From Planctomycetota bacterium (GTDB taxonomy: Bacteria > Planctomycetota > Phycisphaerae > WQYP01): a stretch of DNA of 63,885 nucleotides. Both the position numbers and the translations under genes were made by a program. Location: assembly GCA_021852275.1 (NCBI GenBank), contig JAJZNX010000124.1:1-63885 (forward strand), in the 5' to 3' direction. Each line of letters opens with the position of its first letter. The first letter of the stretch is position 1. The notes under the pieces are model-generated. The model was not told where the DNA came from, did not search any database, and saw nothing but the letters and a program-made list of their open reading frames with translations. Positions 27,058 through 39,034 of the stretch are shown piece after piece.

Positions 27058-27366
27058 TTATCCTAAAAAGTTAAGCTCTTCGCTCATCTCCGCAGCGGCG
27101 TGAGAATCACCAATTTCACGGGCCTTGGCAATACCTTGTATCCACATCTGGCGGGCTGCTGGTGTATCCCCGCTGTCACGCAAGACCCGACCACACATAA
27201 AATACGCCGCCACATACGCAGCATCATCGTCTATAAGCCGACGAAATTCTACAATGGCCTGATTTAAATTGCCGCTCTTGACGTATTCCATCGCCATGGC
27301 ATAACGCAAAAAGGCATCCGCTGGATCAGCCGCCAGCATCTTCCGCAATTCCTCAAGTCGATTCAT
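27058..27366 (-). CDS. small TPR protein
   Basis: DPADAFLRYAMAMEY...YVAAYFMCG TPR pattern. Confidence 0.82.
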   Translation of the reverse strand: MNRLEELRKMLAADPADAFLRYAMAMEYVKSGNLNQAIVEFRRLIDDDAAYVAAYFMCGRVLRDSGDTPAARQMWIQGIAKAREIGDSHAAAEMSEELNFLG

Positions 27367-27395
27367 ATTGCCACCTTAAACAACATCCGGGCTGG

Positions 27396-27965
27396 TTATG
27401 CCCGGTCCTGACCGGTTGCCGCTACGGCCTGGTCGGTGATCGAATCTGCCAACGCCCGCCGCAGCAGTGAAAGTCCGTGCCGCCATTCGACATAGCCGTA
27501 ATCTATACCGAACCTGGCATGCATTGCCGTGAATTGTTGATGCCAGTATTCATACACAGGCCCCTGCCAACCGCGGCTGCCGGCATCACAAAAATATATC
27601 CGGCAACCCAATGGACGCGCATTACGCGCGGTACACATGCCCTGCACTTGCCACGGACATCCAGCCGAAAATTCGCCATCGTCCTTATATAACGGCAACG
27701 GAAAACCGCTTGTGCGCAGCAAGGCGGCTCCATCAGCCTCGTGATCCTGGCCTGACGGGTCAATACCGGCCCGCAGATATGTGGCGTAAAAGTAAATCAG
27801 TTCTGCATGCGTAACGTACAAACGGTGGCCATATTCTTCAAACCTGCAGCAACGGCCACTGGCCATGCAAACGCCCTGCCGACCGGCCACATCCGCATCC
27901 ACCCTGCCATACAGATCGGCCATGGCCGAGCGAAATTCATGTTGAAAAGCCGGCCGCAAATTCAT
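27396..27965 (-). CDS. YkgJ-family cysteine-cluster (putative Zn/Fe-chelating) protein
   Basis: CMASGRCCRF, CPWQVQGMCTARNARPLGCRIYFC; start placed at MNLRP downstream of the dapF stop. Confidence 0.8.
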   Translation of the reverse strand: MNLRPAFQHEFRSAMADLYGRVDADVAGRQGVCMASGRCCRFEEYGHRLYVTHAELIYFYATYLRAGIDPSGQDHEADGAALLRTSGFPLPLYKDDGEFSAGCPWQVQGMCTARNARPLGCRIYFCDAGSRGWQGPVYEYWHQQFTAMHARFGIDYGYVEWRHGLSLLRRALADSITDQAVAATGQDRA

Positions 27966-27981
27966 CTGGCACCATGTTTCC

Positions 27982-28890
27982 TTATGCCGGATCCGGCCAG
28001 TCTCCACTGAACACTTCCACCGCCGGTCCGGTAAGGTACACACACCCGTCAACTTCATTCCACTTGAGTGCCAGCCGCCCACCCGGCAAATTAGCCAGGA
28101 CAATGCGATTGGTCTTGCCCGCAAGTACGCCAGCCACGCAGACCGCCCCGGCTCCTGTACCGCAGGCCAGCGTAATGCCGCTGCCGCGTTCCCAGGTGCG
28201 CATGGTAATCTCGCCGGCATTGTGCACCTGTACAAAATGTACATTCACACGCCGCGGAAATATGGCGTGCTTTTCGATCAACGGACCAATCTGTTCCAAC
28301 GGTACGCGTGCGGCATGTTTACAATACAGCACCACGTGCGGATTACCCAGCGATACGCAGGTCATGGCGTCTTCCAATCCGGCGGCTTTGATCCAGTCCG
28401 ATCCAGACGGCATACGGCTAAGTCCCAGGGCGGCCTCCGCCGGATGCCCCACCAGCCGCTCAAACCCCTTGATTAAAACCGGAATCTCACTGGGTTTCAG
28501 AATCGGCTGGCCCATATTCACCGTCACCTGGTTAACCCGGTTGTACTGAATCCACAGGTCCAGTGTCAGCACGCCCCGCCCGGTTTCCACTTTCATCGGA
28601 TTGGCCCGTGAAATGTGATGATCGTACGCATATTTTGCCAGGCACCGCACCCCATTGCCGCACATTTCGGATTCGCTGCCGTCGGCATTAAACATGCGCA
28701 TGCGTACATGCGCATTTTGCAAGAGTCCTTCCGGCGTAGGAGGTCCAATGAGAATCAGGCCATCACCGCCAACACCAAAATGGCGGTCCGATATTTTCAC
28801 GGCCAATTTTTCCGGCTCCGGCACTTCGTTTTCGAATACGTCCACGTAGACGTAATCATTGCCGATTCCGTGCATCTTCGTAAAGCGCAT
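27982..28890 (-). CDS. dapF: diaminopimelate epimerase
   Basis: FTKMHGIGNDY, NADGSESEMCGNG, GNPH, WERGSGITLACGTGA. Confidence 0.96.
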   Translation of the reverse strand: MRFTKMHGIGNDYVYVDVFENEVPEPEKLAVKISDRHFGVGGDGLILIGPPTPEGLLQNAHVRMRMFNADGSESEMCGNGVRCLAKYAYDHHISRANPMKVETGRGVLTLDLWIQYNRVNQVTVNMGQPILKPSEIPVLIKGFERLVGHPAEAALGLSRMPSGSDWIKAAGLEDAMTCVSLGNPHVVLYCKHAARVPLEQIGPLIEKHAIFPRRVNVHFVQVHNAGEITMRTWERGSGITLACGTGAGAVCVAGVLAGKTNRIVLANLPGGRLALKWNEVDGCVYLTGPAVEVFSGDWPDPA

Positions 28891-28969
28891 TGCCAACTCC
28901 AGTACAATTCTTTCCTACGGGATCCGCACGGTTGGCCGCACCACCACCAACCTCGCGTGCGGCTTAATA

Positions 28970-29791
28970 TTATGCACCAACTGCCTGATTCTTCCAGATC
29001 ACTGCGGACATGCGATCCTGCTGGTCCCGCTGCACCACCACGTCCACCACCGACCGCGTGGCTTCCACCAGCCGCGCATTGGGCAAATCCACCCGCTTCA
29101 CCCAGTCCTTGGCGGCCTCCATGGACCGTCCGCCCAGAATGTGCCGCTCCATCAGATTACCCATGATCGACGGCGCCGGCGCTTCCACATAAATTTTGAG
29201 GTCAAAAAATTCACCGATTCCCTTGAAAGGTGCCCGGTCCAGAAATAAATAGTTTCCCTCCACCAGCACCAGATTGACCGCCGCCGGAATTCGATGCTCT
29301 TCCGGCACCACGTCATGAATCTGCCGGTCATATCCGGGCCAGGTCATGATGGGCGGCACCTCGCGAAGCTGTTGCAGGTGTTGCCGCAGGCTCACCACAT
29401 CATACGTGAAGGGCGAACCTTTACATTCCTGCAAGGTAATGGAATCTCCGGATGACAGCCGCTGGTGATGGCTTTCAAGATATTCCCGGTTGTGGTGAAA
29501 GCCATCCATGGGCAGTGCTATCGCCATAGCTCCTGGAATGCATCCACGCGAGGCCAACCAGGCGATTTGCTCCGCCAGAAAAGATTTACCCGATCCGGGC
29601 GGTCCCACAATACCCACAACCAGCCGCTGCTCCGGAGATTTACGTAAATCCACCAGCCTCCCCAAAAATGGACGCCAGGAATCAGTCCATTCTTTGGACG
29701 TAATATGCATGGTGCCGGGCAGGTGATTGATCACCAACGGAATCTCTTTATGCAGGAACCAGGGATAGGGATCAATCGCGTCTTGTGACAT
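28970..29791 (-). CDS. P-loop kinase, FrcK/YggC (pantothenate/fructose kinase-like) family
   Basis: GIVGPPGSGKS, PMDGFH, KGSPFTYD, LVEGNYLFLD. Confidence 0.82.
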   Translation of the reverse strand: MSQDAIDPYPWFLHKEIPLVINHLPGTMHITSKEWTDSWRPFLGRLVDLRKSPEQRLVVGIVGPPGSGKSFLAEQIAWLASRGCIPGAMAIALPMDGFHHNREYLESHHQRLSSGDSITLQECKGSPFTYDVVSLRQHLQQLREVPPIMTWPGYDRQIHDVVPEEHRIPAAVNLVLVEGNYLFLDRAPFKGIGEFFDLKIYVEAPAPSIMGNLMERHILGGRSMEAAKDWVKRVDLPNARLVEATRSVVDVVVQRDQQDRMSAVIWKNQAVGA

Positions 29792-29806
29792 CCGTCACTC
29801 CAAAAG

Positions 29807-30391
29807 TCACTGCGTCGGCACCGATGTCAAAGGCCGCACACGCAGATAGCGCCAGTAAGTACGGCCAATCACCATTTTCGGCATCACCCGGCCGCCACAC
29901 GGCAGCATACCATTGTAGACCTTCTGCGGCACTCGAAGCGGTGATTGGCATACCTGGAGAGGTGGATGCACGGCCATCAGCCCCGGCGTGATGGCCAGGT
30001 TCACGTAAAACCATGGTATATTCAGCACATTGATCGTTATTGCATTCCACGACGCCGGTCGATCATCAAACTTCGAGTTATCATCCAAATCATGTATGTA
30101 CACGGGATTATGCCGCATGGGCGCAGCGCAGTAAACCGCGTGCATGATCGGCCATGGCCGATGGGTGGCGCAAGCCGGCACTTCTAAAGTTCCCCAGGTA
30201 GCACCAATACCCATACCCGTGCCGGGAACCACCAGCAAACCTGTGGATCTGCGAGCCTGGCCCGGTTTGGATGTCGTCATAGTTTTTGCGGCCGCAACGG
30301 ACTTACCGGCAGGATGGTTAACCAGACCGCACCCCCCCAGCGCGGTATTGAGCGCCACTGCTCCGATGACCACCCCCATGAAACGTATCAT
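29807..30391 (-). CDS. hypothetical lipoprotein
   Basis: GGAG RBS, hydrophobic N-terminus with lipobox LGGC; fills the gap between co-oriented genes. Confidence 0.6.
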   Translation of the reverse strand: MIRFMGVVIGAVALNTALGGCGLVNHPAGKSVAAAKTMTTSKPGQARRSTGLLVVPGTGMGIGATWGTLEVPACATHRPWPIMHAVYCAAPMRHNPVYIHDLDDNSKFDDRPASWNAITINVLNIPWFYVNLAITPGLMAVHPPLQVCQSPLRVPQKVYNGMLPCGGRVMPKMVIGRTYWRYLRVRPLTSVPTQ

Positions 30392-30461
30392 TGCGAATAC
30401 TCCATGATTTACGCACCAGTCCGTCATCACCATTATCGCTGGCAGCCGACTCCCACCTGTA

Positions 30462-32195
30462 TCAACGTTTGGCCATTCGGGCTTCTGTGATTTCAGATGT
30501 TCTGCTCGCCGCCCATGGATTTTTCAAAATTGCGCCGGTATCGGCACTCGTAACCATGCTGGCATAGCGACCCAAATACCCATGCTGAATTTTCGCCGCT
30601 GGCCGTTGCCATTTCGCCTTTCGCGAAGCGAGTTCTTCTGCGGAAATACGAATATCCAGCTTGCGATTGGGAATATCAATATCAATTATATCACCGCTGT
30701 GCACCAACGCTATCGGCCCACCGGCGGAGGCCTCCGGCGAAACGTGGCCGATGCACGCACCGCGAGTGCCCCCCGAAAATCGCCCATCGGTAACCAGCGC
30801 CACCGATTCACCCAGGCCGCGGCCCATGATATTAGCGGTGGGAGCCAGCATTTCCTGCATCCCGGGGCCACCCTGTGGGCCTTCATAACGGATAATCACC
30901 ACATCTCCGGATTTCACCTTGCCGGCTAGAATTCCCGCCGACGCCGATTCCTCCGATTCAAAAATTACCGCTGGACCTGAGAACTTTAACATGCTCGCGG
31001 CCACCCCACCCGCCTTCACCACAGATCCATTCGGTGCCAGGTTGCCAAAAAGAATCGCCAGCCCCCCCTGCTGGGAATAGGCCTTGTCCAATGGTCGGAT
31101 TACATCCGCATCCAGCACTCTGGCAGAAGCGATATTTTCTCCCAGGCTCCGGCCCGTAACGGTGATACAATCTGTATGCAGCGTACCAGGTTTAGTACTG
31201 ATCGTTTTAAGAATAGCGCTGATGCCCCCCGCCCGGTCCACATCCTCCATGTGGTGCACACCGGCCGGCGCTACTTTACATACATGCGGTACCCGGGCCG
31301 CAATTTCATTGAGCGCTTCAAGCTCAAACGGCGTGCCCGCCTCCTGTGCCACGGCCAGGGTATGCAGTACCGTATTGGTGGATCCGCCCATAGCCATGTC
31401 CAGGGCAAATGCGTTTTCGAAAGCGTGCCGCTTTAAAATATCCCGCGGCCGAATATTCCGCCGCACCAGTTCCACCACAGCCTTGCCCGCTTCCCGGAAT
31501 AATTCATCGCGCCGCGGATCTGTGGCCAGAAGCGTTCCATTACCCGGCAAGGCCAGACCCAAGGCCTCGCAAAGGCAGTTCATGCTGTTGGCTGTAAACA
31601 TGCCGGAACATGAACCGCACGTTGGACAGGCATGCATTTCAATTTCTTTTAACTCTTTGGAGCTTACCTTTCCCGCAGACAGTTGCCCCACACCCTCAAA
31701 CACACTGATCAAATCGATGACCCGTCCTGTGGAAGGCTGCACTCCCGCCTTCATAGGCCCTCCCGAAACAAACACGGTGGGAATGTTCACACGAGCCGTT
31801 GCCATCATCATGCCGGGAACAATTTTGTCGCAGTTGGGTATACATACCATTCCGTCAAAACAATGGGCTCGCAGCATGGTTTCAACACAATCGGCAATCA
31901 ACTCGCGACTGGGCAGAGAGTATTTCATGCCTCCGTGCCCCATGGCGATGCCGTCATCCACCCCGATCGTATTGAATTCAAAAGGAACTCCACCCGCATC
32001 ACGCACCGCCTGACGCACTTTTCGTCCAACCACATCCAGATGGGCATGACCGGGAATAATCTGCACAAAACTGTTGGCTATCGCAATAAAGGGCTTATCC
32101 CAATCCGATTCATCGCGAATGACTCCCGTGGCCCGCAACAAGCTCCGGTGCGGGGCCCGAATATCTCCTCGTTTTATAGTATCACTGATTGCCAA
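30462..32195 (-). CDS. ilvD: dihydroxy-acid dehydratase
   Basis: [59 protein letters not shown]. Confidence 0.97.
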   Translation of the reverse strand: MAISDTIKRGDIRAPHRSLLRATGVIRDESDWDKPFIAIANSFVQIIPGHAHLDVVGRKVRQAVRDAGGVPFEFNTIGVDDGIAMGHGGMKYSLPSRELIADCVETMLRAHCFDGMVCIPNCDKIVPGMMMATARVNIPTVFVSGGPMKAGVQPSTGRVIDLISVFEGVGQLSAGKVSSKELKEIEMHACPTCGSCSGMFTANSMNCLCEALGLALPGNGTLLATDPRRDELFREAGKAVVELVRRNIRPRDILKRHAFENAFALDMAMGGSTNTVLHTLAVAQEAGTPFELEALNEIAARVPHVCKVAPAGVHHMEDVDRAGGISAILKTISTKPGTLHTDCITVTGRSLGENIASARVLDADVIRPLDKAYSQQGGLAILFGNLAPNGSVVKAGGVAASMLKFSGPAVIFESEESASAGILAGKVKSGDVVIIRYEGPQGGPGMQEMLAPTANIMGRGLGESVALVTDGRFSGGTRGACIGHVSPEASAGGPIALVHSGDIIDIDIPNRKLDIRISAEELASRKAKWQRPAAKIQHGYLGRYASMVTSADTGAILKNPWAASRTSEITEARMAKR

Positions 32196-32309
32196 ATTTA
32201 TACCCTTTTACCGAACCATGTGCATCTTGCGACAACGTAAACCGTAAAAACACCACTAATAATTATACCGTTATTGCCAGACGATGTCTGCCGACACGGC
32301 GCAAACAAT

Positions 32310-32402
32310 GCGCATACCCTGATAATGGGTCTGCATGAAGCGAACAACCACGCCTACGGCAAAAAGAACCTGCCGGAAAGTGCCAAGTTATTTTTGCCCG
32401 GC
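32310..32402 (+). mobile_element. partial (right-half) copy of MITE family A
   Basis: GCGCATACCC...TGGGTCTG...GCGAACAAC...CCGGAAAGTG..AAGTTATTTTTGCCCGG matches 40209-40301; left TIR not found. Confidence 0.65.
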
Positions 32403-32490
32403 ATCCAAGGTCACGCCGCCACCAAGGCGGTTTCCCGATCATTCTGGGAAACCGCCTGTAATCGGGTCATGAAAACTTCCCTCCCAGTTT

Positions 32491-34425
32491 TTATGACTTC
32501 AAAAATTGCCGCTCGCGCAGCAGTTCCACAATCCGATCCACACTTTGATCGACCGTCAGAACATGGGTTGGCAATTCCAGATCGGGTGCAGTGGGTGGTT
32601 CGTATTGGGTGCTCATGCCCGCCACACCTTTCACCTGTCCGCGCTCCGCCAGCCGATAAATCCCGCTGGTATCGCGTGCCCGGCACACCTCCAGCGGCGC
32701 AGACAGATATATCTCCAGAAAGCGCTCCGGCCCTATCAGTCGCCGCACCTTTTCCCGTACCGCTGCATGTGGTGCCACCAAAGCACACACACAAATCAGG
32801 CCGGCTTCGTTAATGATGCGTGCCATTTCCGCGGTACGGCGGAGATTTTCCGACCGGTCATCCGCAGTGAAGCCCAGGTCACTGGTAATCCCACGGCGCA
32901 ATTCCTGGCCATGCAGCACCGTTACCAGGTGCCCGCGATCAAAAAGTTTTTCCTCCAAGGCATAGGCAATGGTAGCCTTTCCCGAGCCGGTTAAACCGGT
33001 AAGCAGAACGGTCACCGGGGTTTGGCCCAACCGGCTTTCCCGCTGGTGCAGGGCAATGTGGCTGTGTGGGCGATCCGCGGGCATGCTCGGCGGTGGCGAC
33101 CACGGATCCGTCCGTCCGCGGGAATCGTCCGGTTCAATAATCATGCCCGCTCCCACCGTGGTGCTGCTCTGGCGATCAATAATAATAAATGCACCAGTAG
33201 CTCGATTACGGCGGTACGCATCAAAGGCAATGGGCTGAGTGACGGATACCGAACATCGCCCCACCTCATTAAGATGCAAAGTTTCCAGCGGCTTTTCTTC
33301 CAGCGTGTTGATATCTATTCCGGCAAGAATATTAATATCTCCCGGAACGGTGCGGGTGGTTTGTTTTATCAAGTAACTGGCGGTCAAATCCATAGGCTTT
33401 TCGCTTAGCCATACCACATGCGCTGTGAAATCATGGCCAAAATGCGGCTGGCTTTCCGGCTGAACCAGCATATCCCCCCGGCTTATGTCAATTTCATCCT
33501 CCAGGGTCACGCTGACCGCCATGGGGCATTGGGCTTCTTCCAGATCACCGTCGCGTGTTACTATGGATTTGATCCGGCTTCGCCGGCCTGACGGCAAAAC
33601 CATGACCTGGTCGCCACGGCGCATTACCCCGGAGGCAATGCCTCCGCTGAATCCACGAAAATCCAGGTTGGGACGCAATACCAACTGTACCGGAAATCGC
33701 AGATCAGTCAGGTTTCGATCCGCGGCAATATGCACGGTTTCCAGATGGTTAAGCAGTGCTCCGCCCTTGTACCATGGCATCCTGTCGCTGCGTTCTACTA
33801 CGTTATCGCCGTGCAAAGCGGAAATCGGAATAAAGTGCACGTCGCGAATATCCAGTTTACCTGCGAATTCCGCATATTCCGCCTTGATCTTGTTAAAACG
33901 CTCCTCGGAAAATTCCACCATGTCCATTTTGTTAATGGCCACCACCAAATGAGCAATGCCCAACAGCGAACAGATAAAACTGTGCCGGCGCGTCTGCGGC
34001 AACACTCCATGACGGGCATCCACCAGAATAATCGCCAGTTGACACGTTGATGCGCCGGTAGCCATGTTGCGTGTGTATTGTTCGTGGCCGGGGGTGTCGG
34101 CAATGATGAATTTGCGCTTATCTGTGGAAAAATAGCGATAGGCCACATCAATGGTAATGCCCTGTTCACGTTCAGCCTTAAGGCCATCAGTCAGCAGCGC
34201 CAGGTCAATCTGGCCGCCCGTAGTGCCATGCTTGATACTGTCTTTGCGGATGGCCGCCAGTTGATCCTCGTATATCATTTTGGTGTCGTGCAGCAGCCGC
34301 CCGATCAGTGTGCTTTTTCCGTCGTCCACGCTGCCGCAGGTTAAAAACCTCAGTAATTCCTTTTCCTGATGGCGGGCGAGGTAGGCGTGAATATCTTCCC
34401 GTACAGCGGCAGTTGAGCAGGTCAT
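32491..34425 (-). CDS. cysNC: bifunctional sulfate adenylyltransferase subunit 1 / adenylylsulfate kinase
   Basis: [39 protein letters not shown]; C-terminal [11 protein letters not shown] kinase domain. Confidence 0.96.
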   Translation of the reverse strand: MTCSTAAVREDIHAYLARHQEKELLRFLTCGSVDDGKSTLIGRLLHDTKMIYEDQLAAIRKDSIKHGTTGGQIDLALLTDGLKAEREQGITIDVAYRYFSTDKRKFIIADTPGHEQYTRNMATGASTCQLAIILVDARHGVLPQTRRHSFICSLLGIAHLVVAINKMDMVEFSEERFNKIKAEYAEFAGKLDIRDVHFIPISALHGDNVVERSDRMPWYKGGALLNHLETVHIAADRNLTDLRFPVQLVLRPNLDFRGFSGGIASGVMRRGDQVMVLPSGRRSRIKSIVTRDGDLEEAQCPMAVSVTLEDEIDISRGDMLVQPESQPHFGHDFTAHVVWLSEKPMDLTASYLIKQTTRTVPGDINILAGIDINTLEEKPLETLHLNEVGRCSVSVTQPIAFDAYRRNRATGAFIIIDRQSSTTVGAGMIIEPDDSRGRTDPWSPPPSMPADRPHSHIALHQRESRLGQTPVTVLLTGLTGSGKATIAYALEEKLFDRGHLVTVLHGQELRRGITSDLGFTADDRSENLRRTAEMARIINEAGLICVCALVAPHAAVREKVRRLIGPERFLEIYLSAPLEVCRARDTSGIYRLAERGQVKGVAGMSTQYEPPTAPDLELPTHVLTVDQSVDRIVELLRERQFLKS

Positions 34426-34481
34426 GTTGGTGTTCCTATTTCAAGTTGTCCCGGCGCGCATAATCCAAAAACGCCGTGCGG

Positions 34482-35387
34482 TCAGAAATATCCTTCCCGT
34501 TTTTTTTGTTCCATGGAGCCTTGTTCATCATGATCAATAGCACGGCCCGCGCGTTCGGAATTCTTAAACAGCAGCATTTCCTCAATGATTTTGGGCAACG
34601 TATCGGCAGTAGATTCAATGGCCCCGGTCAGCGGATAACAACCCAGCGTGCGAAACCGCACAGTTTTCGTTTCCGGTTTTTCACCGGCCCCAAGCGGATA
34701 GCGATTGTCGTTAACATTAATCCATAAGCCATCGCGTTTGACCACGGGTCTGGGCTGGGCAAAATAGAGCGGCACCAGGGGCACTTTTTCCAGATACAAA
34801 TACTGCCAGATATCCAGTTCCGTCCAGTTGGAAAGAGGAAACACACGAATGCTCTCCCCCTTGTTGATGCGGGCGTTGTAGAGGTTCCACATCTCCGGGC
34901 GCTGATTCTTGGGATCCCACTGATAAAATTTATCCCGGAAGGAAAAAATGCGTTCCTTGGCCCGCGACTTCTCTTCTTCGCGCCTGGCTCCACCAAAAGC
35001 CGCGTCAAACTGGTACTTTTTTAACGCCTGCAGCAGGCCCTGAAGATTCATGTTGTGGGTGTATTTGACGCTGCCGGAATCAAAGGGGTTAATGCCATTG
35101 CGAATGGCTTCCTGATTGGTATGCACGATGATTTGCAGATTATTTTCGCGGGCAATGCGGTCGCGAAATTCGTACACTTCCTTGAAATCCCAGGTGGTAT
35201 CGATATGCAGTAGCGGAAACGGTATGCGCCCCGGATAAAAGGCTTTTTGGGCCAAACGCAGCATCAGACACGAATCTTTGCCGCTGGAAAAAAGCATGAC
35301 CGGATTTTGAAATTCCGCCACCACTTCGCGGAAAATGAAAATGCTTTCCGCCTCAAGTTCTTTTAAGTGGGTCAGTCGGTGCGTCAT
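34482..35387 (-). CDS. cysD: sulfate adenylyltransferase subunit 2
   Basis: [49 protein letters not shown]. Confidence 0.97.
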   Translation of the reverse strand: MTHRLTHLKELEAESIFIFREVVAEFQNPVMLFSSGKDSCLMLRLAQKAFYPGRIPFPLLHIDTTWDFKEVYEFRDRIARENNLQIIVHTNQEAIRNGINPFDSGSVKYTHNMNLQGLLQALKKYQFDAAFGGARREEEKSRAKERIFSFRDKFYQWDPKNQRPEMWNLYNARINKGESIRVFPLSNWTELDIWQYLYLEKVPLVPLYFAQPRPVVKRDGLWINVNDNRYPLGAGEKPETKTVRFRTLGCYPLTGAIESTADTLPKIIEEMLLFKNSERAGRAIDHDEQGSMEQKKREGYF

Positions 35388-35620
35388 CAAATCTCTTTCA
35401 TCACTGAAACATTATTTTTTTTCACCTACTATTCCCATAAGCCTACTAGGGAATTTCATATTTGGCAAGTCATCATCGGCACTTATATTCTATCGACCAC
35501 TTTTTACACGGCCACCAATGGCGCGGTAATTCGGGATAATTGCTGCGCCCGCAGCTATCGGTTAATTTATCATAAGACTCTGGCGTGGACTCAATGTATC
35601 ATAAAATGATGGATGCCAAC

Positions 35621-36643
35621 ATGACCAACCCTGAACCTGAATCCGGCAGCCCCATCATTGAACCGATCACGCCCGTCGATCATCGCATAGCCATCGAATC
35701 ACCCCGGCAGGTACCCCTCCTGCCATCCATGGCGGTCGTCGAAACACCGCGGTTCCACATTGTCGGCTATAGTGTGGCCGGCGAGGAAAGCGCCGTGCAA
35801 ATCCCGGAATTAAATGTGGTTTTTGACATTGGCAAGTGTCCGCGACCTTTCCTGGTCAGCGACTTTTGCCTGCTCAGCCATGGCCACATTGACCATAGTG
35901 CCGGCATTCCCTATTACCTTTCGCAGCGCATTTTTCAAGGCATGAGTCCCGGCACCATTCTTTGCCCGGCCAAAATCGCCGATGGTGTTGCCGGCATTGT
36001 CCACGCCTGGGCGGCTTTGGAAGGCAAAGTCGCCCCGCATCGCATCGTGCCGATGGAAGTCGGCGACGAATTTGAAGTGCGTAAAGGGTTGATCGCCAGG
36101 GCTTTCGCCACCTGCCACACAGTTCCCTCTCTCGGTTATACCCTGGTGGACCGGCGGGAAAAGCTTCGCCCCGACCTGCTCGAACAGCGACTTCCGGGCC
36201 ATATTCTCCGGGAGATGAAAGACCGTGGCGAAAAGATTACCTACACCGTTGATGTTCCCATGGTAGCCTATACCGGCGATACCGCTCTGGGAGAAACCCT
36301 GCTGCAGGATGGTGTGCGTGATGCTCAAGTGCTCATCACCGAGTGTACATTTTTTGACCCCGGCCACAAACGTCGGGCCGCCGTCGGCCGGCATCTGCAT
36401 CTGGATGACCTGCTTGAAGCTTTACCCCAACTACACAATGATCTGATCCTGATTTCCCATGTATCGCGTCGTACTGGTTTGCGCCGGGCCGCCGGTGCGC
36501 TCAAACGCGCATTGAGCAAAACCGGCATGCAACCGCGGGTGGAATTCTTGATGGATCATGCCCAGCATTTGCACGTGCGCGCTGGCAAGGCCGCCGCTTT
36601 TGTACCGCTTGAACCACCCATCATCGACGAAAACGATGGCTGA
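35621..36643 (+). CDS. MBL-fold hydrolase, short/TM-type tRNase Z-like
   Basis: SHGHIDH (HxHxDH), CHTVPSLGY, YTGDT, TECTF, GRHLH, SHVSRR; start uncertain (35585-35621). Confidence 0.78.
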   Translation: MTNPEPESGSPIIEPITPVDHRIAIESPRQVPLLPSMAVVETPRFHIVGYSVAGEESAVQIPELNVVFDIGKCPRPFLVSDFCLLSHGHIDHSAGIPYYLSQRIFQGMSPGTILCPAKIADGVAGIVHAWAALEGKVAPHRIVPMEVGDEFEVRKGLIARAFATCHTVPSLGYTLVDRREKLRPDLLEQRLPGHILREMKDRGEKITYTVDVPMVAYTGDTALGETLLQDGVRDAQVLITECTFFDPGHKRRAAVGRHLHLDDLLEALPQLHNDLILISHVSRRTGLRRAAGALKRALSKTGMQPRVEFLMDHAQHLHVRAGKAAAFVPLEPPIIDENDG

Positions 36644-36667
36644 TGTCCGCCGTGGCAGGAGATTGTC

Positions 36668-37501
36668 ATGAAACGCAAGACGACGGCTGTATTCCTGTTG
36701 ATCATAGCGTGTCTGGGCATCCCAGCGGCAAAAAAGCCCGCCCCCGCAGTCAGCGTTGTGCCCATCTGTATTATCCAGACCAAGTCTATTTTTTTGGGTG
36801 GAGATAGACGCACTATCGGCCCCTATTTGGCTCGGCGACAACTGCTGCAAGTGCGGCTGCAGGTTATTTCCCGGGCCATCCACCATCCACATCGCTGTTT
36901 ATCCCTGCATATTAGCTCCGCCATGCTTAGCAACGGCGTGGCACTTAAACTTATTCCTCGTCAATTTGCCAAGGCGGTGGAAATTCCAGCTCAGATGCGT
37001 TACACCATGCAGGCCGCCGGGGATCTGGGGTTTCCCGTGGCACTGAACTTTCTACCCCCGGCCAACCATGTGCTGCGCATTGCCAGTCTGAAAGGATCTT
37101 TTGTAGTAATCGCCGCCGGCACCCGTAAAACCTTTACCATTGCCGGGGTGAAAAGTCTGTTGGGCCATGATGTGCCAGCCACGGCTCTGCCGGGCACCCA
37201 CATTCGCATACGAGTGGAACCACAGCGGCTGCGGTCCAACGGCAGACCGGAAAAATTGCTGCGGCTGCACGTCTTTGGCCGACCCGATATTCTCCGTGCA
37301 GTGGTAACCATGGCTGCCTCCACCCCAAAATCGCCCTCGGCCCCGTCAGATATTTTCATGAACATACCGCACGGCATATTGGTGGGCATCCCTTTGGCAC
37401 AGCCCTTAAACGCGGAATCATCCCTGCAATTGACACTGCAAATCCATGAAAAATTGTTTCGAGTTCCGTTTGATTTCAAGAATCTTCCGCTACCGCGATG
37501 A
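36668..37501 (+). CDS. exported hypothetical protein
   Basis: Signal-peptide-like MKRKTTAVFLLIIACLGIPAA; co-oriented 24 bp after the previous gene; very basic. Confidence 0.6.
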   Translation: MKRKTTAVFLLIIACLGIPAAKKPAPAVSVVPICIIQTKSIFLGGDRRTIGPYLARRQLLQVRLQVISRAIHHPHRCLSLHISSAMLSNGVALKLIPRQFAKAVEIPAQMRYTMQAAGDLGFPVALNFLPPANHVLRIASLKGSFVVIAAGTRKTFTIAGVKSLLGHDVPATALPGTHIRIRVEPQRLRSNGRPEKLLRLHVFGRPDILRAVVTMAASTPKSPSAPSDIFMNIPHGILVGIPLAQPLNAESSLQLTLQIHEKLFRVPFDFKNLPLPR

Positions 37502-39013
37502 CGGCGGATCATTTCCACTATCACCAGCTTCCTCACCGGTGATGACGCGGCCGCAGGCAGTGGATCTGGAATAACCGGCAAATAAAATTACCAGCACCAG
37601 GCCAATACCGGCAAAAAGGCTGGGGTCCAGGGTACGGCCCCAATTGCTGGCATGGGGACCAAATATCTTCACCGCATCTGAGGTGAAAAACATCAGAACT
37701 GCCGCGACCCACAGTGCCAGCCACGCCCGCCTGGAGGCGCGCCGTGGGGCCTGGCTATCCACCGCGATCATCCCTGCAGCGGCGATGGTCAAAACCAGCG
37801 TGACATAATGTGGAACCCAGCACCATTCCTCAGCCCACAGCATGAACGCCGCCACTGCGCCAATTTCCATAATGTAGCGGCGGCATTGCAGTGTGGGTAG
37901 ACGGCGGTACATCCACAGCAGCCCGGTAAGGCCAATGGCCACCAGCACCACACGCACCACCAGCCGCGCTGTAGCAGGCTGCAAGTTCACCACGTTGACA
38001 TACCACAATTTTTGCCCGCCGTGATGCGACGTAATAAAGGCCGGCACATGGGTCAGCAGGCGGTATAAAAAACTTGGAATGGATTCGCCGCTGTAAACAC
38101 TCACCGCCCCCTTGAGCACGTAAGGCGTAATCATGATGTGGGTCCACTGGGTCCACCAGATTAAATTTTGATGCCAGCCGAAGACCAGTGCACCGACCGG
38201 AAAAATCCAGAACAACGTCCCCAGCACGATAGCCGCGGCCACACGCCATCGCCGCCGCCATAGCATATAAATAAGAAATATGATCGGCGTGACTTTGATA
38301 CATACCGCCAGCCCAATCAACAAGCCGGCCAGCCAGTCGGTTCCGGGCTTTTCCAGTTGCGCACAGAAAAGCCCCGCGACCATTGGCGTGAGCATGAACA
38401 AATTCATCTGGCCTTCCTGCATGTCGCCGATGATGGGCCAAAACCAGATCGCCGCCAGCAGAGCAATGGCCGTAGCCGACAGCCGCACTCCCGCACGGCG
38501 AACCATCGCCACGACCATGTAAAAAATCGCCGCAACCATAAACGGCTTGCAGCAAATCCAGATAAACTGTGCATTGGCCGGAGAAAACAGGGATAGGGGC
38601 GAAAGCAGATACAAAGTCGACGGCGGCATCGGCCAAAGATCGTTGACAAAATTTGCATGATGCAACAAAAAACCCGGAAACATGTGCATCCAGCGGTCGA
38701 AATCGTTGACATCCACCCGTGGGTGCTGATGGCTGTTGCGAACCACCCGGTCCCGCATCTGAAAAGCGGTAATCACCGTCAAAATACCCATGATCGACCA
38801 GACGACGCCCGTGATAACGCGCCCCACTGCCCCGGGCAGACGATCCGGTAATTGGCGATGCAAAACTTTGTCAGACAAAATATTCTCCAGCCCGGGCGGC
38901 CTTACGACAGGCTGCCACCCCAAGGCAATATTGGATGCCTTGCGCGGAGCGGGAGTGCCGCAGCGATCCTCTATCGCTGTAACAAAGATACGCGAGGATT
39001 GCCACGCAGGCAA
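37490..39013 (-). CDS. GT87/DUF2029 GT-C membrane glycosyltransferase
   Basis: Polytopic; NDFDRW, WPMPP, GDMQEGQMNLF, GLAVCIKVTP motifs; start uncertain. Confidence 0.8.
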   Translation of the reverse strand: MPAWQSSRIFVTAIEDRCGTPAPRKASNIALGWQPVVRPPGLENILSDKVLHRQLPDRLPGAVGRVITGVVWSIMGILTVITAFQMRDRVVRNSHQHPRVDVNDFDRWMHMFPGFLLHHANFVNDLWPMPPSTLYLLSPLSLFSPANAQFIWICCKPFMVAAIFYMVVAMVRRAGVRLSATAIALLAAIWFWPIIGDMQEGQMNLFMLTPMVAGLFCAQLEKPGTDWLAGLLIGLAVCIKVTPIIFLIYMLWRRRWRVAAAIVLGTLFWIFPVGALVFGWHQNLIWWTQWTHIMITPYVLKGAVSVYSGESIPSFLYRLLTHVPAFITSHHGGQKLWYVNVVNLQPATARLVVRVVLVAIGLTGLLWMYRRLPTLQCRRYIMEIGAVAAFMLWAEEWCWVPHYVTLVLTIAAAGMIAVDSQAPRRASRRAWLALWVAAVLMFFTSDAVKIFGPHASNWGRTLDPSLFAGIGLVLVILFAGYSRSTACGRVITGEEAGDSGNDPPSSR

Positions 39014-39034
39014 TTATGCGATACAACTCCTGCC

